This document shows positions 1-14,583 of a stretch of DNA of 64,000 nt, piece after piece. Made by a program: the position numbers and the translations under genes. The DNA lies in the NCBI RefSeq assembly GCF_009914755.1, contig NC_060928.1. One strand, 5' to 3'. This DNA is from the human T2T-CHM13v2.0 reference genome, Homo sapiens. Every line of letters begins with the position of its first letter. The stretch's first letter is position 1. Below the pieces are notes generated by a model. It made no database searches. It was given only the letters and a program-made list of their open reading frames with translations, and was not told the DNA's origin.

Positions 1-205
1 AGATGGCAATAATAGACACTGGGAACTACTAGAAGTGGGAGGGAGAGAGGGAGGAGAGCAAGGGTTGAAAAACCAACTATTAGGTACTATGCTCACTACC
101 TGAGTGACAAGATCAATTATATCCCAAGTCTCACCATCAGGCAATAAACCCAGGTAACAAACCTGCACATGTACTTCCTGAATGTTAAATAAATGTTGAA
201 GGAAA
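1..205 (+). mobile_element. LINE-1 3' UTR end (L1PB/L1MA-age), cut by window edge
   Basis: Typical L1 3' UTR: 'aatagacactgggaactactaga...agggttgaaaaaccaactattaggtactatgctcactacctgagtgac...gtaacaaacctgcacatgtac'. Confidence 0.85.
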
Positions 206-829
206 AACTCAGACATTAAAGAGATTTGTAATAAAAAATATATGTAACTATATTGGCTTAAATCTTCCTACTTACAAGAGTTTCACAAAATTTCTTTCTC
301 AAGTTTAAAACCTATTTTCTTTAGAAAGTAACCCATTTCATGGTTGCTCAATTTTTGAAGTTAGTAGGTCAAAATCGGCAGAAGAAATAGGTAGGAATAG
401 GTGGAAGCATGAGGTCCCTGCCAATGGATCTATGCTAATTTCTCAAGTAGAATGACTACTTACATCAGGAATGGGCACAGTGTTGGAGTCCAAAAAGATG
501 GACTTTGAATTCTAGAAAGATTTAATTTTGAATACTTCATCACAGTCACACTTGCTAAAACATTAATTCTGTCTAATACAGGTCTGCCCACAGCAAGGCT
601 ATAGTTCAATTTCTTTTTTATTGTAAACAGTGAGTTTCCTGAATGAGTTTTATTTATTCATTTATTTATTCCCAACATAGTAGTAATTTTTTTCATATTT
701 CTTGTTTTATATGAGAGATATTTTAAGTTTGAAAATTATACACAAAATTTTTTAATTGATCAAACACAAAAAAAAAGAAAGACATAGGTACATGCACATA
801 AATATTTCAATAATATAATTATTCAGCTT

Positions 830-3382
<2,553 letters not shown>

Positions 3383-4885
3383 CGAAAGAGAGGATTGGCA
3401 AATTGGCTATTACCATACTTTCACTAAAGCATGAGAACATTTCCCATAAGAAATTGACATATTTACTTAAAATTATTCTAAACATTCCATATCCAGTATT
3501 TTAGGCATTATTGAAAATGGTTGTCACTGGAAATATAAAAGGCCTTTTCATGATTCTGTGTTGTCTTATTGTCTGAATATGTGACTCTCCACATTGACAC
3601 CAAATTGCTCTCCTGTCAACATGTAAAAGGATGGATCATTTTATCTTTTGAGCGATGAAGTTTCAAATCCACAAAGCACAGGCTGTCAGTCCTTTGAGGT
3701 GATTATGATGCCTCAAACCTGACAGCTTGCCCTGACAGCTTTCACATATTCCTGAAATCAAATTGTTCCTGCTTCTATTAGAAGAAGGCAGGTGTGTGAA
3801 AACTAGAGGAAGAAGAAGGTAAATAGAAAATAAAATGATCTTCATGTGCAGAGTAATTATAAAAAGTTGTTTCCAGGGAAAAGTGTAGATATTGATTTTA
3901 CCTCTCTTCCTGATGTTCACGGATGAGACCACAAAGAACCCATATGGGTTCAAGGTTTGCCAGGAAAGAAATATCAAGATAAGCAGATGGCAGTGCCATT
4001 GCCATATGGCTGCTTAGGAATGGACCTATGTGATGGCATTTTGCCATAAGACAAAGCTAGAAATATTTTCCTGATACTATTTTAAACAGCACAAAAAAAG
4101 AATATGTGTTTGTTGACATTAAAAATCATTAGAAAATTATGACAGAAATACTTTATTATATTCAACTCCACAAACTGGCTCTCAGACTTAAAAACAATTT
4201 AAAGTGGATGAGTATTTTTTATAGTTTGAATACAGAATTATATGGATAATAAGAACTTCTTTCACTGTGATTAGTCAGAATATTTTTGAAGGCATATATA
4301 TAACTACAACTTAGAACCAATGTTGGAACATTTACAATACAAAATAATAAGATAAATATCACTGTGAAAGTTATCAATTCTCATATTATGCTGGTGTAAA
4401 TGAAAATTCCAAGTGAAGAAAGGGGTATAGTTAGATTTAGAAGCTGAAGAGAAAGGCCCATGGCCCAGGTATAAGTTATGACAACGTCAGGAATCAGTGA
4501 ATCCCTCTAAACTACAATTTCTTTTACTGTAAAATATGGTATTGTTGAGAAAAGCCATGCTATGAAGAACAAAGAGGACATTTGAAGTTCACATAGAACT
4601 CAATTCAAATTCCTCTCCTCCTGTTACCAGCTTTACCTTTTTTTTTTTTGAAAACTAATAAAACTTTAAACTCTATGTCCCTATCTGAAGGAGGAGGATA
4701 ATAATATCTAAATCATAGGGCTGTCGTGAGAAGAGAGATAATTCCAGATGACTCTGGGTAATTAAAGAAATGAGCAAAAGGGAATTGGAGGACAGCAAGT
4801 TTATCTCAGGCATACTTATTAGAAGTGATTGAAAAGCAGAGAGTGGGTCAACTACCCCAACCCTGGAAGCATCTCATCTGACTGA

Positions 4886-5204
<319 letters not shown>

Positions 5205-5233
5205 GGTGTATCATCTTTTAAGTGACTTTCCTG

Positions 5234-5750
5234 TGTAGGGGTCAAGTGAAAACTTTCCCTTCACTCTCTGAAAATTCACTGAAAAATCAACTGACAAAAG
5301 ACAGATTAATAGAAGAAATGGTAAATCAATTTATTAATGTATATGGGGGAGAACCATAGAGTAAAAACTTCAATGGGGTACAGAAAGTTATATAGCTTTT
5401 TTGCAGATGGGTGGGGGGCGATGGGAAATACAGGCAATCCTGTGGCGAGGCAATCAATTATTACTGGGGACAGAGTTTAACTTGTAAATGGTTCTCTTTG
5501 AAACGGAATAAGCCTAGAGTCTGTTCATGTGTGGTTGCATTCTCTCATTCTTTTATTATAATTTTTTGTAATAATGTGGTAATAGGGAGGGAAGGAAAAA
5601 CACTTGTTATCCTTGGAGGATCCTGCAGGTCTTTCCACAGATAGCAGAAATTTCTCCTCCAGCATCTTGATCCTTAAGGGTCTTTAATTCAAAATACCCA
5701 TTATACCATGTAGCAGTATTTTGGAGGGAAAGAGTTTGGTAACCTTTATA
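5234..5750 (-). mobile_element. ERV1-class solo LTR, MER39/MER34-like
   Basis: 'tgtaggggtcaag..aaaactttcccttcactctctgaa..aatcaactgacaaaagacagattaatag' resembles the reverse complement of the MER39-family LTR end. Confidence 0.7.
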
Positions 5751-6466
5751 CGGCACAGAGCAATATCACTAGCTACAAGTATATACTTTGGAGACATTTA
5801 TCTCATATTGACAAACAGCTTTCCAGCTGTGGCTTCCCTGGAGAATTTGGTGCAGCCTATCTTTTGTGGATCCTCACAAGGTTCCTAATGTTCCATTTAA
5901 AAGAGCAGGTCAGGTCGCATTTGCCCTAGAGTGCAAGGCATGGCCAGTTCATGCAAGCATTCACAGCCACAAGCTGATCAAACAAAGCTTTTGAGGTCAG
6001 AAGCACAGATTTCTACCCATCCATTCTCCTCCAATATGACTTCCCTAATCCAGTTTCCCAGTTATATCATTATTTTTATTGTTTCTCCTCCCTTTTAATG
6101 ATTCTGAGAATTTAAGTGAAAAACTTTCTTTACATATCCGAAAACTATTCAACAATAATAATATATTTGATCATTGTGTTCTTTATAAAATCCCTTTCCC
6201 ATATGTTTCTCCTTTAATCTTTTAATCAGTCCTGTGAGGTTGGTGGTATTATACCATCTCCCCCTAAACATATTAACCCAGACACATGATACAGATAAAT
6301 ATTTTAAGCAGTTGTTAGACATGATCAGTGACAAATAATCAGTAGGCAATAAAGCTGGGAAGAATAACAAGCCATATGATCAAAATATACATGTCTTTTC
6401 ATAATACTGATAGGGCTGGTATTAACTTGCTTACTTTTATAGATGTTTTTATTAAAGAAGTAGGTA

Positions 6467-6767
<301 letters not shown>

Positions 6768-6969
6768 GTAGGTATAGAATTTTTTTTACTTTATTCATTC
6801 AGATTTTCTTCAAAGATTACTGATACGCAACTACACAAACCATATTGAAGTTTAATCTCTCCTTTAATATTTTTTCCAAGTACCTGATAATACAGAGACC
6901 ATATTTTATTTAATAAGCATTGTATGTGGAAATAAACAAACTTCAAACAGAAAAGACAGCTTTGAACGG

Positions 6970-7667
6970 TGTTAACAAAGGAAGACCATGAGATCTACAG
7001 AGGCAAGAAAGAAAGCTTTATTTTCTGAAAAGAAACAATCTGTGGGTTAGGGAGCCACAGCCTTCTGAGTATAACAAAAATGTGCTCCAAGGAAGGATTG
7101 GAGAGTTACAGATGATACACTGAAAACACAGATGATACACAGAAGAGGGGAGGCGTGGTCAGGGGAATAAGGAAGAGAGTCTTGATTGGATGCTCCCAAA
7201 GCACCAGTCGCTCTTAATTAGCTGGTTCCAAGTATTGGTCAGTTGATGCCAGGTGGTCTCTTGGTGGTCAGTGGGAAATTTCCAGCTGCAGTTGTTTTTG
7301 ACATTGTTTTCAGGAACTGTCCTTCAACTTGGTTGCAGAGTGACTGCAAGCTCCGACTCCCAGGTTCACGCCATTCTCCTGCCTCAGCCTCCTGAGTAGC
7401 TGGAATTACAGGCACCCGCCACCACGCCCGGCTGATTTTTTCTATTTACCACGCCCGGCAAATTTTTTGTATTTTTAGTAGAGACAGAGTTTCACTTTGT
7501 TAGCCAGGATGGTCTCGATCGCTTGACTTCGTGATCCGCCCGCCTCAGCCTCCCAAAATGCTGGGATTACAGGCGCAAGCCGCTGCGCGTGGCTTCCGGT
7601 TCTACTTTTTAACCTTTTGAGCCACAGGGAGTCCACCTTGTTTGTCAACTGGAGGCATAATTTGACA
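6970..7667 (-). mobile_element. ERV1-class solo LTR (MER67-like), interrupted by an Alu
   Basis: TG...CA termini (tgttaac...tttgaca). Reverse complement reads 'ggactccctgtggctcaaaaggttaaaaagtagaacc', reminiscent of MER67. Subfamily uncertain. Confidence 0.55.
7343..7594 (-). mobile_element. AluY/Sc-like, lacking 3' end and poly(A)
   Basis: Starts at 'actgcaagctccg' and ends 'gcgcgtggct'; 'accacgcccggc' is duplicated at the linker. Confidence 0.9.
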
Positions 7668-7878
7668 GGGGTCTGAAAACCGAGAGCAACTCAAATGAAT
7701 GAACAGATTGAATGAATGAATGAGTGAATGAGATGAAAACTGGAAGCAATTAACCCATTAACATTTTTTAAAATTGGGGCCTATAATGTATGAGAAAGTA
7801 TGAAAGGTGCTAAAGAATGCATGAGATTATAATATACTTTCCCAGATCTCAAGAATAAAATTAAAAAAGAAAAAACAT

Positions 7879-8015
7879 AGCCAGGGCAGGAAGATTCCCT
7901 GAGCCAAGGGTTTTGAGGCTGCAGTGAACACTGATCACACCACTGCACTCCAGCCTGGGGAACAGGGCGAGACTCCAGCTGTAAAACAAAACAAAAAAGA
8001 AGAAGAAGAATAAAA
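7879..8015 (+). mobile_element. AluJ right arm / FRAM-like monomer
   Basis: 'ggcaggaagattccctgagccaaggg..gaggctgcagtgaacactgatcacaccactgcactccagcctggg' plus A-rich tail. Confidence 0.85.
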
Positions 8016-8823
8016 TAAGAGCAGCAACGCTGCAGCAGAGATTTGTGATTTGTTGCACTAAATTAAAAACTGATAGCACGTTGGTGAGTTGAAAAGTGCC
8101 CTAAAGTAGGAATCTGAAGACCAGAGTCAGCCACACATCAGATGAATGACCTAGGACTCAACAACTCCCAGGCTTTTATTCATTAGTGAAACGGCACTAA
8201 TAGTAACTGCCCTGCCTCCTACACGGGCCTTTATATGCATGCATATCAAATAAAATATTCTACACCAATTTTTTTCAAAATATCGATGTAGAAATTTTGA
8301 AATTTATTTAGACATACTGATTGTTTTTAGCCATCTCTTCAGTGACTCATGGGGAATATGAGAAACTGAAACTAGTTAATTGGGGCTATCATTTTCAAAG
8401 CAGGGAAATGAACTTCTTTGGAACCAAAAACACAGTTTACAGGAGTGTTGCCTTAGGATAAATATATTGATGTAGGCAGCTAGGAGAATCGGCTAGAAGT
8501 TTGATCCCAGATCAGACTAGCAAGAAAGATAGCAGTATTTTGTAGTTTGAGAAATGTATATGCATTTTAAGTATACAAAGAACTGAAATGCATACAAGTA
8601 AAATCTTTGTTAGGAGGACACTGCCTGCTATTTGGAAATTATATATTTTTATTAAGTTGTTCTATAAAAGTAACACATTACATTTGGGATTAACTGAAGG
8701 TTACTGTTAGTTAAAAATGATACTACAGTGGTTGCTGTAATAGGGAAATCCTTAAATCTTAGTGAGTTACCATAGTAAAAGTCTCTTTATTGCTCAGGTA
8801 AAATCCAATCCAGAGTGGGTTGG

Positions 8824-9284
8824 TGTGTCCCGAGTTTGTTCCTTCCGGTGGGTTCATGGTCTGGCTGACTTCAGGAATGAAGCTGCGGACCTTCGTGGTG
8901 AATATTACAGCTCTTAAAGGTGGTGCAGACTGAAAGAGTAAGCAGCAGCATGATTTTTTGCAGAGGAACAGAAGAACAAAGCTTCCACAACGTGGAAGGT
9001 GACCCCAGCGGGTTGCAGCTGCTGACAGGGGTGGCCAGCTTTTATTCCCTTATTTGTTCCTGCCCATGTCCTGCTGATTGGTCCATTTTACAGAGTGCTG
9101 ATTGGTCCATTTTACAGAGCGCTGATTGCTGCATTTTACAAACTTCCAGCTAGCTACAGAGTGCTGATTGCTGCATTTTTACAGGGCACTGATTGGTACA
9201 TTTTACAAACCTCTAGCTAGCTATAGAAAAGGTCTCCAAGTCCCCACTCGATGACCCAGGATGTCCATCTGGCTTCACCTCTCA
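8824..9284 (-). mobile_element. LTR12 (ERV9) solo LTR, short LTR12/LTR12F-like form
   Basis: Reverse complement begins TGAGAGGTGAAGCCAG and ends GGACACA. Tandem 'ctgattgg/ctgattgc..cattttaca' CCAAT units. 4-bp TSD ttgg/ttag. Confidence 0.93.
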
Positions 9285-10917
9285 TTAGGACAGGAGGTTA
9301 GTTGGGAGTTTTGGAGGAGGCAGCTTCTATCAAATGTCCATTCAGAACCCGAGCTGACAGAGCCGCCATCTTCAGCACTTGGTTTCCAAGGTGATTCTGG
9401 ATGTCAGCACCCATCAAGTGACCACGAGCAAAATAATGGATGAAAGACTGAGGAAGATTTTATTTTATTTTATTTAAAGATTAAGTTACATTTTATTCTT
9501 TCTGTGTGTGTAGGAGATGTTTGAAATAAAACTGGTTAACACCATTTATACCGATAATCCATTGCCTAAAATTTAGTGACATAGACACATGAAAAAGCGG
9601 ATGAAAAATAGTGTTGTGTGCCCAAAAAGTAAGGAAATATAAACAACCCACCATTCTTTGTCACAGTCTTGAGAGGTGAAGCCGGCTGGGCTTTAAGGAA
9701 ATATAAACAAACCACCATTTTCCGTCACACTCTGTCCTTCTGTTCCTCAAGCAACTTTCGTATTTTGCTCTAGCACAGACCGCACTTATGGGAGGTAGTC
9801 CCAAATCCCATTCAGTCACAGCTGGCTCTTATCTACATGGGACTCTGAGCTCTGGAGATCTGTAAATTAAAAATACAGTTTATCTTAAACCTGCCCTGAG
9901 AAGCAAGTATACAATGGAGAAGGGGCAATGTAACAACAACAAAAATCCTAGCTCATAAAAGGGATGAGAGGGAACACACCTCCATCATTGGTCCGTAGGA
10001 AATCTTGCTGGGCAGGCAGATGGCGGGCAGGGGGCAGCCCCCGCCGCAATCGAGGATAATGGAAACGCCTTGGCTAGACCACATATCTGCTATCTGTATG
10101 GAACTTCTTTGATGGCCGACCTCCTTTGCCCTGGCTCCACCAGCTAAAGGATTTTACGTATGTATCAATGTTAACAGAGACATGACAGAAGGGGGTACTG
10201 AAGAGGATGCTTCTCCTGTAGGCTGTAACTTTCGCAGCCAATTTCATATTAGCAAAATTTTAGGAACAAAATAGTCAAATAATAAAAGACTTTATTTTTT
10301 GGTTTGAGATTACAGGATTTTTGACATAAAATTCAAAATGACGATTCCTCAAAAATGGAATCATCTTCAAATATTTGTTTTCAGTAGGTTCCAGGTGACT
10401 TCTAGAGTTCTGCCTTCCTTACTCAGCTGCTTCCTTGCTCCGCATTTTCTTGCTCAATTTAATAGAGGTGACCTTGAGACCGCTGGCCTTCATCTAATTA
10501 TTATTGCAGAACTGGGCCAAAAAGAATTCTGATGTTCAAAATATTTTAACATTGTATTTATATTATTTGGAATCTAGAAGCTAATCTACAGTGGTCTCAA
10601 ATATATGCATTTTCTCTATTCCCTTTCATTTTTGCTTGCAAATAAGGCAATTTTCACATGATGCCTTCTCATTCTTATAATATATTGCTAAATGCAGCTA
10701 ATAGCTCCCAACATACATTACTAACTTCTGTTTTCCAATCTCTTCCCCCAGAGCTGGAAGCTTAGTGGACATGTGGTCTGCCTGATGAGTTATCACAGAT
10801 GACATTTTGAACATTTGTTTTCCCAATGCTTAACGGTTATCTCCATTTTTTTTTCAGTCTCTTTTATTAGTATCTTGGTAGCTCATTGCCTCACCAACAA
10901 TGACATAATTTAAGATT

Positions 10918-11391
10918 ATTATTATTATTATTATACTTTAAGTTTTAGGGTACATGTGCACAACGTGCAGGTTTGTTACATATGTATACATGTGCCATGT
11001 TGGTGTGCTGCACCCATTAATTCGTCATTTAGCATTAGGTATATCTCCTAATGCTATCCCTCCCCTCTTCCCCCGCCCCACAACAGTCCCCGGTGTGTGA
11101 TGTTCCTCTTCCTGTGTCCATGTGTTCTCATTGTTCAGTTCCCACCTATGAGTGAGAACATGCGGTGTTTGGTTTTTTGTCCTTGTGATAGTTTGCTGAG
11201 AATGATAGTTTCCAGCTTCATCCATGTCCCTACAAAGGACATGAACTCATCATTTTTTATGTTTGCATAGTATTCCATGGTGTATATGTGCCACATCTTC
11301 TTAATCCAGTCTATCATTGTTGGACATTTGGGTTGGTCCTAAGTCTTTGCTAGTGTGAATAGTGCTGCAATAAACATATGTGTGCATGTGT
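10918..11391 (-). mobile_element. L1PA (PA3-5-like) 5'-truncated 3' end
   Basis: (TTA)n tail, 'tatactttaagttttagggtacatgtgcacaacgtgcagg', ORF2 C-terminus (WIKKMWHIYTMEYY). TSD ataatttaagatt at 10905-10917 and 11405-11417. Confidence 0.95.
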
Positions 11392-13884
11392 AAATCATGC
11401 TGCTATAATTTAAGATTTTTTAAAGTTAGTATCACATTTCTGATAACAACTCTCGTATTAATTAAGTTAATGCTAGTTGCTGTAACAAGAAAAGTTTGTA
11501 TCTTGCTCAGGTAAAACTTGACTGGGGAGGAAAGAAGACTAGCTAGACACATTCTAGAATAAGCTGTTGGAATAAAAAAACACATGAATTTCAAAGTTAT
11601 CCTGGGATTTTTATATCTAGCTAGTGGATGAAGAAATAAAGAGAACTACAGAGAAAATATTTGGTTGGCTATGACTAGAAGTGTTATGACTTCCAGTCAC
11701 ATAACTGATTGAAATAAATCACATGGCCTCATGTAGCAGTTTTGGCCAAGAAATATAGTCTAAGTTCAAGAGAAAAGAAAAAATGAATTTTCTGAAAAAC
11801 TACACAGTCTACCAATAACTGAAGTATTGCATTATTAACAAATTCTGTTAGCTTCAGTATATTCATGGACTTGCCCACTTGTTTGTTTAACATTTTGAGT
11901 AATCGTTACTTTCTAGGTAACTTGACTAGTTGAATTTACAGATTGCAGAATGTATAATGTAAGATAAATAAAGCTCTGAAATTATTATGTGAAATTAACC
12001 AGTGAGCCCACTTATTTGCTGTTACAGGCAGCAGAGTAAGAGGCAATCCGGGGCTAAACTTGGGCTACATTTTGAATGAGAGAAAGAACCGGGCAACAGA
12101 AGACTACAGGCAAAGGAAATGTAATATGCAAAGACTCAAAGTACTATATATGAAGAAAAAACAAAAAACTGTAATTCAACAGCCTGGAACATAAGGTGCG
12201 TGAGGAAATGTATTGAATGATGATGCCAGACAGGAACTAGGATCAGAAAACAAAAAGAGCTGAAATAGTGTGACAATTTAAATACATACTATATTGATTT
12301 ATTTAAATATATTTATACCCACATAATGTAAATAAATATTATTACATATATATGTAAATATATTTATAAATGCATTCACTGATTTGCTTTTGAGTCTGTT
12401 TCAATCAAGATGCCTCTTTCAGAAAAAATTGTCTACTTGGCTTTATTAGAGTCAAGCTCTAAAACAAAGGCCACCAGGCTTATGAAAAACTAAGGGTGTA
12501 TCTTATGGGTGTATATTTATCTCTAGAAATTCTCAGTTCTAAGGGAGAAGATTTTGTGACATTTTAAGACTATCTCAGAGACTTATGGTTTTACTGGCAT
12601 TTATAATGACTCACCCTTCTGTGTGTTGAATAATTAGGCAGTCCCTGCTGACTTAGGTTTCTTCCATTACCATTAATATCCAGCAACCTGAAATTTTCAA
12701 CAAATGCAATCTCTGGTGATACAGAAAGAGTGAGTTTAAAAATGTGACATTTGCCCATAATGTAGAAGAATTTTTCTTTTTCAGAGACTTCATAATATCC
12801 TCTTTTAACTACTCATATGCTCTGCCCTGCAGCACATCGCTTTGTGAAAACATCAAGTAGAATATGAAACTCAGAGATTTGGGTGACAAATACTACTCAG
12901 GGCTCCAAATATAAGTTTGGCATAAGAATGAAATAAAAGCAAAACATTATTTATTTACAAACAAATATAGGACAATTAGTATATTGTTATCATTCAAAGT
13001 AAACTCAAGTTTTGATAGGAAAATTTAAAAATCCTCTAAGACTAAAGGTAATGTGGGATGGCAATGCTTTCCTTTGTACAGATTCTTTCAATTCGTGTGT
13101 TGTACCTGTTTTCTTTTTTTTTTTCCCCAAAATCAAAGACATAATCTTCAGCCCATAACTGATTTCCTCAACAGGTGCAATCACAGCATTTTCTACCTAT
13201 GATCCAGAAACAGTTGAATATCTGAACATCATGGGTGGGAGACATACTGAAATTTATGTAGGCTTCTATTCAACTATGTGGTGCTAACTCATCTCTCTGT
13301 TCAAATATTGTCTCACTTACTTCCTCCATGTTTTTTGATATGCCGCCTATGTTTTTTGTTGATTATGTGGAACATTTTCTATCTTCTCAGCTCTTGCTCT
13401 CAAACTTGTGTTCACAAACTGGTCAAATTCTCAGGAACAATATGAGAACCTCTGGTTAACCAGAGCCAGAGTGATGAAATGACAGCTGGTTTATGATCAA
13501 TGCAAGTTTTCATCTTCATATCATTCATATCCTATCACTCAGGCAGATATGTATATACACTTATACATATCACCAGGCAGAAGAAAACTGAGAGATAATT
13601 GTAAAGAATCTCCAGAGGCTCTTTGCAATCGGTTTACCATCAGGTGAATCTCCCTGACAATGTAAAATACTCTAAAGATTTTGTTTCAACCACTTTAAAT
13701 GCTCTGGATCAAATGGATTCCTTTATATTTTCCCAAGCCATCACCAAATTGTTCCTTTCAAAAGTGTTTTTTCCCTGGAAAGGCAGGAAAGAGAAAAAGA
13801 TCAATATTTTCATCTTCACCCATGTATATGGGCATGACTTAAAAAAAAATCAAACTATTTAAGATTCTGAGTCATTATTTTCAT

Positions 13885-14158
13885 ATTTATTGTAATAGTA
13901 TTGTGGTTATGTTTTTGAAAATATTTCATTAGTAATAGATACTGACATCATTAAGGATAAAATGATATGATATCTGGTATTATCCTCAAAATAACCCTAG
14001 GAAAGGAGAAAATTGGGTAGAGACAGGGATGAAGCAAAGTTGGCCATTTGCTTAACATTGTTAAAGCCTGTTCATGTGGTTGATGTGTGCATGGGAATCC
14101 ATTGTTTTAACATCTTTTGTTATATGTTTTAATATTTCCATAATAAAAATTAAAAATA
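13885..14158 (+). mobile_element. Old L1M (MC/ME-like) 3' end fragment
   Basis: 'gtattgtggttatg..aaatgatatgatatctgg..ttggccatt..tttccataataaaaattaaaa' resembles an L1MC/ME 3' terminus. Confidence 0.7.
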
Positions 14159-14583
14159 AGATTTACTCAGAGTCAAGATACAACACTACCTAAATATTCT
14201 AAATATTAGCTCTTCTCTTACTCTTCTGAGGACTACATACTACCATGTGCTAAATAAAATAACAGTCAATTCACACTCCCATCTGTGTCAGTGTCATCAA
14301 AAACTGGGTGTTTCCTTGCTGGTTACAATAATAACAGTAACAATGAAAGTAGAACCAAGCAACGATGTTGTCTTAGTTCTTATTGGACAACTGTCCAGTA
14401 TCTCCAGTAGGAATATCAAGGTCTGAAACAACCTCGCGCTAGTAATTTCTGCTTTATTCATACTTGGCCACATTGTCCACTGAGTGGAATCAACAGGAAT
14501 TGCTACACGGCAGAACTCAATGACCTATCAAGTTCCTAGCCTTTCTTATGTCATTCATGGCCCAAAGCCCAGCTTTTACACTA

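Larger units (their letters stand above)
8705..11815 (-). mobile_element. Ancient MaLR (MLT1J/K-like): LTR (8705-~9470) - internal - LTR (~11454-11815), with nested LTR12 and L1PA
   Basis: Both flanks contain 'gttgctgtaa...ttgctcaggtaaaa'. The right LTR ends with an MLT1J-like 'aatcacatggcctcatgtagcag..gaaatatagtcta'. Interior 'ggagatctgtaaattaaaaatacagtttatc..tacaatggagaagggg' resembles MLT1-int. Confidence 0.6.

Noticed and set aside
9074-9215. Spaced direct repeats resembling a CRISPR array
   Set aside because: These are the internal CCAAT-box tandem units of LTR12. The context is eukaryotic, with no unique spacers or cas genes.
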